Origin: a virus
DNA: 64,000 nucleotides
Strand: one strand, 5' to 3'
Virus genome (UHGV): UHGV-0142425
Shown piece by piece: positions 34,148 through 43,270 of this stretch (positions are counted from its first letter, which is position 1; the number at the start of each line of letters is the position of its first letter). The notes under the pieces are model-generated. The model did no database searches, was not told the origin of the DNA, and saw nothing but the letters and a program-made list of their open reading frames with translations. The position numbers and the translations under genes are program-made.

Positions 34148-34282
34148 TACATTAAAGAGACACCTTTGGTGCAAACGCGTTACGTACATCAACCACCGCT
34201 GATTATTTTGTGCTCTTTGCTACTATTCATCACCAACGGATCAGCGTAACCTCGTTGCCAATCAGTTAATAAGGAATTAGCT

Positions 34283-34864
34283 ATGCCTAATCGCATTCCT
34301 CTCGATCCTGTATTGCCCAAAAATTTTGACTGCACTCCTAACGAGAAACGCTCTAAAGCTCAGCTGGACGCCTGGTGGGACCATCCCTATGGGGTTACAC
34401 ACCCTGACGGGAAAATTGTTGTTTATTGTCTGAATGGTGGCGCGTGGGACCGTCCATCCGTGCTTGGTTTGGCAAATAACTATGATGAAGCCTGTGAACT
34501 TGCCGAAAGACAGCAGGCTAGATGGGTGAAAACACGGTCACAGCCGACATTCATGTTTTCAAAAGAACCGCCATTTATACTGGCGAGGATGCCGCAGCGA
34601 CCGGATCATCAACAAGAAATTGTTGCTGAATTTTCCTCAAGGGATGAGATGAATCTCTTCTCATTAAAGCAGGAAGAAAGGGAGCGCGTCGAAGTGTCTC
34701 CAACTCTCGACCACAACCGGATGAACCTGGCCCAACTCGCCTGGTACAGCAAAGAATTAGAGATGTCTATTGCCCGACTTGAAAACGAAAAAGCCGCTAT
34801 CCAAGCCCAGCATGAAGTAGTTCTGAACCGGATTAGAGAAATGCAAAACGATAATAGAGGCTAA
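34283..34864 (+). CDS. hypothetical protein with C-terminal coiled coil, divergent from humD (possibly LexA-regulated)
   Basis: 193 aa, RBS AAGGAA, downstream hairpin. Confidence 0.5.
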   Translation: MPNRIPLDPVLPKNFDCTPNEKRSKAQLDAWWDHPYGVTHPDGKIVVYCLNGGAWDRPSVLGLANNYDEACELAERQQARWVKTRSQPTFMFSKEPPFILARMPQRPDHQQEIVAEFSSRDEMNLFSLKQEERERVEVSPTLDHNRMNLAQLAWYSKELEMSIARLENEKAAIQAQHEVVLNRIREMQNDNRG

Positions 34865-34890
34865 ATCGAGGTAGAAAACACATTGTTTAA

Positions 34891-34907
34891 GGCCACTAAT
34901 TGTGGCC
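34891..34907. terminator. hairpin GGCCAC-TAATT-GTGGCC between convergent genes
   Basis: 6-bp stem, weak T-run. Confidence 0.35.
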
Positions 34908-34924
34908 TCAAAGGGGAGAGATGC

Positions 34925-35479
34925 TTATTGGCTATGGCTAAAAATCAAATGAGACACTTCATGTGGTTGTAGCTCGTCAAGATCCGGGGCCACAAAACCT
35001 TTTCCGAAAGACTTCACAAGTAATTCACCAGCCGCATCATTGTCACCTATTACACGAAAGTCATACGGCAGCATCGCAAGTTGACGGCGTAATCCTGCGG
35101 AGAAAGTCGAACCTAACAGCGCCCACGAATTGCCGCCCGCGTTGTGTACAGCTGCGCTCTTAAAAATAGACTCAGTTATCCATATTGGGCCATCTTTTAA
35201 AGGAAGATAGGTTCCCCAAAGTAACTGTTTGCCATGTGATCGCGTGAAATACCGAGCCATCTTCGGATTGCTATGCTGCTTAGGAGCACCTGGTCTATAT
35301 GTCTGATACCCAGCCAACATCCCATCAAATCTGTATAGAGGGAATGTAACTACTCCTTCACTTTCATCGATCCACTGTCTATATGGGTGTATATCATGGC
35401 GGTAGTTACGAGTTAGCAAATGAGCTTCCAGCTTTCCAAATTTTGTCATAATTCCGTTCTTCCTGGCTTTTAGCTGCAA
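34925..35479 (-). CDS. Toprim-like domain protein
   Basis: 184 aa; IWITESIF (conserved Glu) and RVIGDNDAAG (DxD) resemble the primase/topoisomerase Toprim motifs. Confidence 0.4.
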   Translation of the reverse strand: MQLKARKNGIMTKFGKLEAHLLTRNYRHDIHPYRQWIDESEGVVTFPLYRFDGMLAGYQTYRPGAPKQHSNPKMARYFTRSHGKQLLWGTYLPLKDGPIWITESIFKSAAVHNAGGNSWALLGSTFSAGLRRQLAMLPYDFRVIGDNDAAGELLVKSFGKGFVAPDLDELQPHEVSHLIFSHSQ

Positions 35480-35497
35480 TATTGCAGTTGCTCATGT

Positions 35498-35770
35498 TTA
35501 AAGCTCACATTTCCAGATGGTATTCTGAACACCCGAACCGGGAGCGAGATGGGGATTAGCGTTCGCGCTATGCTGATATACGGCTTTAGACTTCCCATAT
35601 TGCTGACAGGCTTTATCTGCGGTTTTTTGCAAGCTATCAAGGCCATACCAACCATCTGACTGTATGCTTACCTTTTCACCGTCGTTGTATTGCACCATTG
35701 CACACCCAGATATAGCCAGTATCGCGCCGACAATAACGCTTTTCCATAAAACTCTATACAACATAGACAA
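35498..35770 (-). CDS. putative lipoprotein
   Basis: 90 aa; signal peptide ending in lipobox-like ISGCA. Confidence 0.55.
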   Translation of the reverse strand: MSMLYRVLWKSVIVGAILAISGCAMVQYNDGEKVSIQSDGWYGLDSLQKTADKACQQYGKSKAVYQHSANANPHLAPGSGVQNTIWKCEL

Positions 35771-35809
35771 AAATCCCCTCTGTGAATTGAGGGGATTTTA
35801 GCATGGTGA

Positions 35810-36097
35810 TCAGAGATCAGCTTTATGCAGAATTTTATCCACCAGCGATGTGATTTTTTCTGCCAGGTCATCATTACTTACCCAATCCTGGCGGGCAGCC
35901 AGAACGGGCGACAAAGTTAATATTAACTCTCGCCGTAATGATGCGTTCCGTGGTGCTAGTGGTGGTTTAAGCCCCTCGCTCCCTTGTATTTCTGGGGTAT
36001 GCGGCTGATAGCCATTAATCATCCTTTTTTTCTCCATTTTCGGTGGGCGCGGACGCGGGAGAATCATGATTCCTTTCTCTTCCTGCATACTGGGCAT
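35810..36097 (-). CDS. small hypothetical protein
   Basis: 95 aa ORF. Confidence 0.3.
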   Translation of the reverse strand: MPSMQEEKGIMILPRPRPPKMEKKRMINGYQPHTPEIQGSEGLKPPLAPRNASLRRELILTLSPVLAARQDWVSNDDLAEKITSLVDKILHKADL

Positions 36098-36372
36098 GTG
36101 TTCTCTGTGAAATATGGGAAACTATTATCCAGCTCATCTACCCACTGTTTATGGTCGAAGCAGAAAAATATCTCCCACGGCATTCCATATTCTTCCATCC
36201 ATAGGCGGATCTGCATTTCTATTGGAATCGGCGGTATTGCAGACACCATATCAACAGGATAACAGTTCAGACGACGTTCCAGTTCTTCTACTCTCTTCTG
36301 GAGATGAAATATCCGATCCAGATGCACACGCCGCTCCCGTGCCATTTTAAAATAAAGCTCGCCGGTCATCAT
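36064..36372 (-). CDS. small coiled-coil protein with C-terminal W..DELD.SFPYF..CP.CR motif (paralog A)
   Basis: 102 aa; paralogous to the adjacent upstream gene. Confidence 0.45.
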   Translation of the reverse strand: MMTGELYFKMARERRVHLDRIFHLQKRVEELERRLNCYPVDMVSAIPPIPIEMQIRLWMEEYGMPWEIFFCFDHKQWVDELDNSFPYFTENTCPVCRKRKES

Positions 36373-36656
36373 TAACTCCTACATTCAGGGCAAGAGTTCC
36401 CTTCCGCAAAATAGGGGAAACTGCTATCAAGCTCATCACACCATCTGCGATGGTCGTAGCACCAAAACGCCTCCCACGGTGCACGGAAATACTTCATCCA
36501 CCAGGACACTCGATCAGGTATATCTGCTGGTGGCAGCTCTTCTGGCAATAATTTGCCTGATAATTCCCTTTCCGCCCGCGCCAGCATTCCTTTTAGACTC
36601 GCATTCTCTTTTTCAAGAATCTCTATGCGCGCCTGTAACTCAGCTTTCGTTGGCAT
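36372..36656 (-). CDS. small coiled-coil protein with C-terminal W..DELD.SFPYF..CP.CR motif (paralog B)
   Basis: Track ORF 36372..36737 begins at a TTG; likely ATG at about 36656 (MPTKAEL); same C-terminal motif as paralog A. Confidence 0.45.
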   Translation of the reverse strand: MPTKAELQARIEILEKENASLKGMLARAERELSGKLLPEELPPADIPDRVSWWMKYFRAPWEAFWCYDHRRWCDELDSSFPYFAEGNSCPECRS

Positions 36657-37320
36657 GGTCCGCCTCATGCTTTTCAGCCACCAGCGGCAATAAAGCCCTG
36701 GCCATCTTATGAACCAATAGTGCATCAATAATGCCAAGCGTATGCCCCGGCTTAATGTTTAATGCCGCCTCAAGGTGACACCTTTCCAAGCCACTTTTCT
36801 CGGCTTGTTTATGATGATCTGGCGTAATAACGTCGCCCAAAACACGGCTAATTCTTTCTCGTAATTGCTGGGTGCCAGCACACTTGATCGCTGTATCGTG
36901 GAGACGGTTAACCAGTTCGCGATAAACATGCGGCTTAATGCGGATACGTCCACCGGTGACGCCCTTTCCTGGCGCTGACACCGAACTATCCGGAATATCC
37001 GGATAGTTGCCAGCCTCGTAAGCTACCCGCAGCCAGTGCATGAATGTTTCAGTGGACACACAACCACAGTCCACATCGATTTTTCCGCGTTGCTGTTCCA
37101 GCCACTGCTCAAAATTCAATCTACACGTATTACTTTCATGTTGCTCTTTTTGTCTCAAGGCCAGTACCTGTTGGGCCAGTTCCAGAACGATACCGGGTGA
37201 CGCTAACCTCTCAAATTCCAATAAATAGTTTGTGTCAGGATGACAAGTAGCCTCGCCTGCAAAAAATACCAATTGCTGTAAGTATGCTGTCGTTAGAGTA
37301 GTCATTTCTTTTTGCGCCAT
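36640..37320 (-). CDS. hypothetical protein
   Basis: 226 aa ORF. Confidence 0.4.
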   Translation of the reverse strand: MAQKEMTTLTTAYLQQLVFFAGEATCHPDTNYLLEFERLASPGIVLELAQQVLALRQKEQHESNTCRLNFEQWLEQQRGKIDVDCGCVSTETFMHWLRVAYEAGNYPDIPDSSVSAPGKGVTGGRIRIKPHVYRELVNRLHDTAIKCAGTQQLRERISRVLGDVITPDHHKQAEKSGLERCHLEAALNIKPGHTLGIIDALLVHKMARALLPLVAEKHEADHANES

Positions 37321-37676
37321 TTCTTTTCACATTCCTTAGTCCATTTTTCAATGTTCATTTTGGCAATATCAGTCATTCCGTCACCCAAGAAATACTTTTT
37401 CCGGTATGTCTTGCACTTAAACCACACTACAACAGCCACCAGCCAGAAAATAAAAGGCCATACAGCAATGCCAACGACAGCCGCGATAAAGCCCAATAGC
37501 CATAAATGAAGCTCTCCAACTTCTGTTTCCGGCAATATTCTTAAAGAATTAAACAGCAGGGTGAACGAATGATCGTATGCATTGGCAGTATAAGACATGC
37601 AATCCATATAATTAAAGTCATAGCCTGCGGCTGCCGCCCATAATGGGCGGTCAAGAAAATGTTTTAGTGTCATCAT
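37302..37676 (-). CDS. hypothetical membrane protein
   Basis: 124 aa with two hydrophobic helices and a Lys-rich tail. Confidence 0.4.
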   Translation of the reverse strand: MMTLKHFLDRPLWAAAAGYDFNYMDCMSYTANAYDHSFTLLFNSLRILPETEVGELHLWLLGFIAAVVGIAVWPFIFWLVAVVVWFKCKTYRKKYFLGDGMTDIAKMNIEKWTKECEKKWRKKK

Positions 37677-37682
37677 ATTAAT

Positions 37683-38072
37683 TTAAGGTTCAGACCAGTT
37701 ATCTTCAATAGCAATGCTTAATCTTTGTAGCCATTCTGCTAATTTCAGCATTGCTTCTCTTTCGCTTAAACCACGAGGAAAATCATCAAGCGATATTGTT
37801 GGCTTGAAGCCCCCGTAATTATCCATTTCAACGGTCAGATTTTGCTCCAGTACGGTATTCCTTACGCGGCTATTGTGGCGAAGCAAATATACTGAACGTG
37901 ATTTATTGGTTTTGTGGTCGAGCTGATATTCGGTAAGTATCATCTGGCTTTTGCCATGACTATTACCTCTCCACATACTTACCTCACTTAATAAAACAAC
38001 TCCATGCGTAGTTGATGATTTTTTCCCACGTAATATAAATCTGCACTCCGGCAGTAAAACCAAAGCCAACAA
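37683..38072 (-). CDS. hypothetical protein
   Basis: 129 aa ORF. Confidence 0.35.
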   Translation of the reverse strand: MLALVLLPECRFILRGKKSSTTHGVVLLSEVSMWRGNSHGKSQMILTEYQLDHKTNKSRSVYLLRHNSRVRNTVLEQNLTVEMDNYGGFKPTISLDDFPRGLSEREAMLKLAEWLQRLSIAIEDNWSEP

Positions 38073-38154
38073 TTGCTGAAAAAATCAAAACATTTACTTT
38101 TGACATTATAAATTTTCTCTCGGTGTCGTAGGTGATAGCACCATAATTGATAAT

Positions 38155-38406
38155 TTAGTGAGTTAGCAGCTCCATTTTTTGGATGATTTCCGCATGAGCA
38201 TCATCGTTATCAACACTTAACTCGTTTAATGCCTCTCGCACCACATCAACTTCTTCTGGTTGGAAGAAATCATCTCGGTAGTCACCAAATAGAACCGAAA
38301 CAAGCCTGCCACCAGCAACATCAAGATTGGCGCTAACAGGTGGCTCTTTACCATCCTCAAATTCGACTACAAAAGTTATTTTTCCCATCGTTACCACCAG
38401 CGACAA
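38155..38406 (-). CDS. small acidic hypothetical protein
   Basis: 83 aa ORF. Confidence 0.35.
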   Translation of the reverse strand: MSLVVTMGKITFVVEFEDGKEPPVSANLDVAGGRLVSVLFGDYRDDFFQPEEVDVVREALNELSVDNDDAHAEIIQKMELLTH

Positions 38407-38470
38407 ATTGAATACAAACCCAGTGCTGCCGCCATCACAATTCCTACCGTGGTGAATGCTTCAGGCCAGC

Positions 38471-39742
38471 TCATTGATTCACCTCCTGCGGCGGTTCTGG
38501 TAGCGGCATCCAGTGTGATGGTTTCCACGACGCACCAGGAATTATCCACCCATCATTAGCGTCAGGATGCCCCGGGATGTAAGTAGCCCATTTCATTCGC
38601 CAGTCACCTTTCCTGTCAAACTCCACGGCAACAAGAACGGCTGTTTTGGTATCCGGCATTCGCTCACTACAGCTTATCCAACCATCCGGAGTTACCGGAG
38701 AGTTGCCAGCTAGTCTACGCAAAACAGCCTTAACAGCCTCAATACGGTCATCATCGCAACTTTCCAGCGTATCTATGCGATCGAGCATGATGATGGCGTT
38801 ATCAATATCAGGATTGCCGGTCCACTCATTACCGCGATTGGATTCGGCAGCCTGGTTGCCAGATGCTGGTTGATTGTCGGCATGGCTATAGCTAACAGCA
38901 CGGCAGGCATCCTCAACGCCTTTAACTGCATCTGCGCAGTAGTTATAGCGATTGCATTCCACTAATTTCCGTTTGAGTTTTTCAATTGCCTGCGCGACAT
39001 CAGCCTGCATTACCGGAACTGGCGGAACGGCTGTTTGCTCTCGAACGTCATTAGTCGCTATCGGTTCTGCTGCCAACTGACTGGCATATTTGTTAATGGT
39101 AACGATAAGCTCTTGCTCAGCCTCATCCAGACAATCATCGATACCTCGCCTGTCACCGTCAAAATCATCGAAATCGGCACGAATCTTGGCAACCTTCAGG
39201 ATTGCGGACAACACCTCACTAGGAATTACCGGATAGTTGGTTGACGTTTCCGCGATTTCCCGAAAATTATTGGTTGACGAATTCTTGTTTTCCCGAAAGT
39301 TTCCGGACTGAAGCATGGCGTCGCTCCGCTCTATACCATCCAGCGCGATTCGCAGTGCCTGAATTGTGGTAGAGCTATCGTTTGGGGCTATTCCATATCG
39401 CTCGAATACAGCTAAATGGTTGCGCATAATCTCAGGCGTAAGCTCTTTGTAAGCATAAGCAAGAGGCTCTGATGCATTATCCGGCACAACCGACGCAGGC
39501 GCGGCAGCATAAACAGGAATAACGTCCGCTTGCTCTTTATTGCTTTCATCCGTTAAAGCCCAGAATAATTTCCCGGCCGGATGTTTGAAAATATAAGCAA
39601 CTGGTTCTGCTTCCAGTGATGCCAGCGCAATTTTGTATACTTCCAGATCCATTTGTGCAGTTACTAAATCAGGATAACGATCCATAACCGTTATATTGCG
39701 CTTAATCATCTCTATTAATTGTTCTTTAGTAAAAGTGGTCAT
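38471..39742 (-). CDS. hypothetical protein with DUF551-like C-terminus
   Basis: 423 aa; N-terminal IALASLEA..P..VYAAP block shared with the 128-aa protein at 40175..40561; C-terminal W..P.SHWMPLPEPP. Confidence 0.45.
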   Translation of the reverse strand: MTTFTKEQLIEMIKRNITVMDRYPDLVTAQMDLEVYKIALASLEAEPVAYIFKHPAGKLFWALTDESNKEQADVIPVYAAAPASVVPDNASEPLAYAYKELTPEIMRNHLAVFERYGIAPNDSSTTIQALRIALDGIERSDAMLQSGNFRENKNSSTNNFREIAETSTNYPVIPSEVLSAILKVAKIRADFDDFDGDRRGIDDCLDEAEQELIVTINKYASQLAAEPIATNDVREQTAVPPVPVMQADVAQAIEKLKRKLVECNRYNYCADAVKGVEDACRAVSYSHADNQPASGNQAAESNRGNEWTGNPDIDNAIIMLDRIDTLESCDDDRIEAVKAVLRRLAGNSPVTPDGWISCSERMPDTKTAVLVAVEFDRKGDWRMKWATYIPGHPDANDGWIIPGASWKPSHWMPLPEPPQEVNQ

Positions 39743-39752
39743 TCGTTATGCC

Positions 39753-39992
39753 TCAATACACAAAATCTGTTTTAAATTCATGGTTACATTCTGGACAGCA
39801 TGTTTCGTAACCTTTTATTTCTTCACATGCCTGTTTTGCTCCAGAAAATTCCCAGAAATCTGGATCACAAAGCAGATCGAAATTGTGACCGCATTTTGGG
39901 CATTCGGTATCAAGTGACAGATTCCAGTAAGCAGTGGTGTTTTTATCCATATCAGTCTCCTTTACCCGCTGCTTTCTCCTGCTCTTTAGCAA
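39753..39992 (-). CDS. small zinc-ribbon protein
   Basis: Two CPxC-type pairs (CPKCG, CCPECN); likely start at MDKNT. Confidence 0.4.
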   Translation of the reverse strand: MLKSRRKQRVKETDMDKNTTAYWNLSLDTECPKCGHNFDLLCDPDFWEFSGAKQACEEIKGYETCCPECNHEFKTDFVY

Positions 39993-40215
39993 GCCGCTCC
40001 GCTTCTCTGAAATCCCAATCCACTCGATGTGCTATATCAATTGCAGAACGCACGGTCCGTTCAATTAGCGTGTCCAGATTATCAATTGTCATTGCCATAT
40101 CTGGATTGCGAGATAAAATCTCCGCCCTCTGAATCTGCCAGTTGTTGCAGGTTTCAAGTAATGAGTTAGCCATATCACTTTCCTTTCCCATGAAGCATAG
40201 CCGCGCGGCAGGCAT
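39952..40215 (-). CDS. small hypothetical protein
   Basis: 87 aa ORF. Confidence 0.3.
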   Translation of the reverse strand: MPAARLCFMGKESDMANSLLETCNNWQIQRAEILSRNPDMAMTIDNLDTLIERTVRSAIDIAHRVDWDFREAERLAKEQEKAAGKGD

Positions 40216-40561
40216 TCCAGCCTCTTACCTCTGCAATAGCGGCAACAGCATCAACCGCGTACATGCTAAGAGGATTAGGCATTGGTTTTTCTTCCGGTAC
40301 TACTGGAACGGGGGGAGCGGCGTAGACCTCAATAATTCCATTATCAATAGGCCACTCCCCATCCTTGATGTAGTCACTTGTGCCGTCAACTTGCTGTTCT
40401 GCAATGTGGAATGCACCTATTGGTTTTGCTTCCAGCGATGCCAGAGCAATTCGTGCCAGTTCTTCCGCTTCTTCTGCTGGCAGTACAACGTTGCTACCAG
40501 GTCCGTATGTTTCGCGCCACTGCTGGATTGTCAGCAGGCGTTCTTTGGTAATAGTGATCAT
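40175..40561 (-). CDS. hypothetical protein, paralog of the N-terminal region of the 423-aa protein
   Basis: 128 aa; shared IALASLEAKP and VYAAPPVPVVP blocks. Confidence 0.45.
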   Translation of the reverse strand: MITITKERLLTIQQWRETYGPGSNVVLPAEEAEELARIALASLEAKPIGAFHIAEQQVDGTSDYIKDGEWPIDNGIIEVYAAPPVPVVPEEKPMPNPLSMYAVDAVAAIAEVRGWNACRAAMLHGKGK

Positions 40562-41121
40562 GCTGCGTTTCCTTCTTTCTTATTAACAATTACACCGTCA
40601 TATATTTCATTAAGGTGCCCTCTCAACTCCATGCGCCTTAATGCAGATAACATGTAATCGCATTCAACCTGCTTATTTCCAGTAAATGGCTTATCGTCAG
40701 GATTACCCCAACAGCAATTACCCTTGGGCCACCCATGTACTTTCCGTACTCTTCCGTTAACAACGTGAAGTAATCCCCAGCCAGGTGGTAAATCCTCAAT
40801 TGAAATAATTCCCGGCTCACTAATAAAGAATCGCCAGTCTCCCATTCCAAGAGACGGATTTTTACGAAAACGCTTTTTTCTATCTGCCAACAAGTCAGCA
40901 CGAGAACATTTCGCCTCTATCAGGCATGATGCTGAATTTCTGAATCCCATAGCATCTGGCTGTTCTCCGGTACTGGTTACAGCTATAAAGCGGTCATGAA
41001 AACAAACCTTGAACCCGTTGCGCTTAAGGAACTTGTACGCAATCTGACAGAGTTCGCGGTGTGTTAACGCCATATCACTCTCCTTTGATGCGAATGCCAG
41101 CTGCGCTTGCTGATTCTTCAT
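40558..41121 (-). CDS. putative PD-(D/E)xK-like nuclease
   Basis: 187 aa; candidate D...E-A-K arrangement (PDAMGF ... CLIEAKCS). Confidence 0.35.
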   Translation of the reverse strand: MKNQQAQLAFASKESDMALTHRELCQIAYKFLKRNGFKVCFHDRFIAVTSTGEQPDAMGFRNSASCLIEAKCSRADLLADRKKRFRKNPSLGMGDWRFFISEPGIISIEDLPPGWGLLHVVNGRVRKVHGWPKGNCCWGNPDDKPFTGNKQVECDYMLSALRRMELRGHLNEIYDGVIVNKKEGNAA

Positions 41122-41671
41122 ATGCGCGTTTAGCAGCGTTAAGGATTGCTGTCAGTGGCGTATATCCGCCATCCATTCGGATTGTGTTGTGGATGCCAGC
41201 CATTGTGTCGCGCAATTTGCTGTGGCTAGCAGACAGTTCTGCTATGCGCTTCTCTGCGGATTCCAGCGCTGCAACCAATTCGTCTACAGTTCCGGCAGCT
41301 TGCAGTGCGTAATCGGTAATAGCCATCTCATGATCAATTTCAGTACCGTTCTCATTCGTTGAGGTGATAGCAAAATAATCAGAGTCGATTTCGTTATCAG
41401 CTAAGTGGCGTAGCGTATCGGCAACAAGCTGACCGTTTTCGATTAACAGTTTCCCTACCGTTAGCGCAATATCCTCGTTCTCCTGGTCGCGGCGTTTGAT
41501 GTATTGCTGGTTTCTTTCCCGTTCATCCAGAAGCGCCAGCACAATGCGTGGCGTTATTAAGGACTCAAATTCGGCAACAGCTTGCTCACCTCGCTTGTAA
41601 TTCTTAATCTCACCTAAATCTTTCGCGTTCTGTGCTGCCTCACGCAGTGCCTGGTAATTAATTTCGCTCAC
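41075..41671 (-). CDS. coiled-coil protein (paralog pair member)
   Basis: 198 aa; N-terminus INYQALREAAQNA similar to the next gene's IDYQVLREAAEQA. Confidence 0.4.
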   Translation of the reverse strand: MSEINYQALREAAQNAKDLGEIKNYKRGEQAVAEFESLITPRIVLALLDERERNQQYIKRRDQENEDIALTVGKLLIENGQLVADTLRHLADNEIDSDYFAITSTNENGTEIDHEMAITDYALQAAGTVDELVAALESAEKRIAELSASHSKLRDTMAGIHNTIRMDGGYTPLTAILNAAKRAYEESASAAGIRIKGE

Positions 41672-42360
41672 TGGTTGCCTCCTTTGCGAAGCTGGGCAGC
41701 AAAGTCAACTAACCACTCAGTCATTTCAACCTTCCCTACCAGGTCTGAACCAGGGTGCATACAGCAATCACTCTGCGCCGCTTTGAAATCCTTATACTCA
41801 TATTCTTGGACCACCAGATTTTTTGCAGCTTCTATAGCAGCATCCACCCCCTGCGCCCGCACTTCAGACAGGAAAGCATCAGTGGCTGGAATGGGCTTTT
41901 GTGGTGATATAGCAATGCGAATTGTCTCAAGGTCTGGATCTGTTTCCGCTGCTGGCACCTTGATATAACCCATCTGCACCCCATTCATGATGAACCTGCG
42001 ACGGTCATCACATATCGCCTTTAGCCCCACATTCTCCGCCACCAGCGCCGCGAGATTAGTCTCAAGCTCTGCAATTCGACACATAGCATCAATATTTGTG
42101 TCCTCCAGGCGCTTAATTTCATCCAGTAGAGCCAGCACAACTTTGGGTGGGATAGCCGCGATATAACGGGCATTGGCACCAGCGTTTCTCTGTCCATCAA
42201 TGCCAGGCCAGTCAATAAAGTATCCGCAATGCCTACCCTCAGACGTATGCGCAGGATAAGTGCCGTTTTGCCCCGGCAAAATATATGCTACCCATTCATC
42301 TTGCGTTGCCTGTTCCGCCGCCTCGCGCAGTACCTGATAGTCAATTGTCATTCTCGCCAT
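41668..42360 (-). CDS. coiled-coil protein (paralog pair member)
   Basis: 230 aa. Confidence 0.4.
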   Translation of the reverse strand: MARMTIDYQVLREAAEQATQDEWVAYILPGQNGTYPAHTSEGRHCGYFIDWPGIDGQRNAGANARYIAAIPPKVVLALLDEIKRLEDTNIDAMCRIAELETNLAALVAENVGLKAICDDRRRFIMNGVQMGYIKVPAAETDPDLETIRIAISPQKPIPATDAFLSEVRAQGVDAAIEAAKNLVVQEYEYKDFKAAQSDCCMHPGSDLVGKVEMTEWLVDFAAQLRKGGNQ

Positions 42361-43013
42361 CCTTCACAGTTGTAATCACTACAGCCTTCAAAATCATATG
42401 GGCTGTACTGCCAGGTGATTTTTCCGCAATGCGGACAATTCCAACGCACCTTCCCGCTTCGCGACTTCTTTCTTCTGTTCTGCTTTTTCAACCAGTCAGG
42501 CATGATCAAACCTGCGCCCTGAACCATTGTTCTGCGGTTAAAGTTATTGATATTGAACGTCCGGCGCTTTGCTGCATCAGCAATGGAAAATGGCAACCAA
42601 ACTATTCCTGGTTCGTTTTTGTTGGCGACGCTAAAGATGGTCGCTTTACTGAAGTCATCTGTTGGCAATCCACCGTGTTGAAGCCAGTAAACATCGTTGC
42701 CGTTCCAGCTACCTTTTTTGTAGGCCACATACGCAGTGCAATCTGACTCAATCAGGCTTTCTGTAGGGATGTACTGGCAATCAACGTGCCACACAGCCAT
42801 TGCATCCACGCTATCAGCGCAAACAGGCTGATCGATATCTCGTCCACAATTCCAGGCTTTTTGGGCTTCTTCCAGCGTGTAAACATGAGCGCGATCAATA
42901 TCAGAACTGTAACCATTGCCGTTATGGCAATGGAATGAGGCGTTATTACCCACAGTTTCACGCAAGCACATCATGTAAAAGCGGTTATTCACTGGTTGCC
43001 TCCGCTTCCCCAC
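42348..43013 (-). CDS. hypothetical protein with C-terminal zinc-finger-like motif
   Basis: 221 aa; CPHCGK...C..C. Confidence 0.4.
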   Translation of the reverse strand: MGKRRQPVNNRFYMMCLRETVGNNASFHCHNGNGYSSDIDRAHVYTLEEAQKAWNCGRDIDQPVCADSVDAMAVWHVDCQYIPTESLIESDCTAYVAYKKGSWNGNDVYWLQHGGLPTDDFSKATIFSVANKNEPGIVWLPFSIADAAKRRTFNINNFNRRTMVQGAGLIMPDWLKKQNRRKKSRSGKVRWNCPHCGKITWQYSPYDFEGCSDYNCEGWRE

Positions 43014-43270
43014 GTTTTCAGACTTTCACCACAGAACGGGCAAAATGAAACTCGAATAGGCGATTTAGAAAATTCACCAGACCGCAGCATGATCAGGTCT
43101 TGTGAATGAATTAATTCATGGTTATAGATTTTGTATTTCAGCAGACCTTTTCGCGTCGTGTATTCAGCGTCATGCTCCAGGGATTGTGTCAACGCCGCGC
43201 ACGGTTCTATCTTGTTGCCATTAATTTGGCATTTTGACTCACTCACTGGTTGCCCCCTGAATACGCTCAA
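42989..43270 (-). CDS. small Cys-containing hypothetical protein
   Basis: 93 aa ORF. Confidence 0.3.
   Translation of the reverse strand: MSVFRGQPVSESKCQINGNKIEPCAALTQSLEHDAEYTTRKGLLKYKIYNHELIHSQDLIMLRSGEFSKSPIRVSFCPFCGESLKTWGSGGNQ

Noticed and set aside
36372-36737. ORF-track start of the 121-aa frame
   Set aside because: The first codon is TTG (the track writes M for alternative starts) and the frame overlaps the upstream gene by about 100 nt; an internal ATG near 36656 is the more plausible start. The same caveat applies to other track ORFs with long overlaps (e.g. 10708, 21992, 61995..63014).
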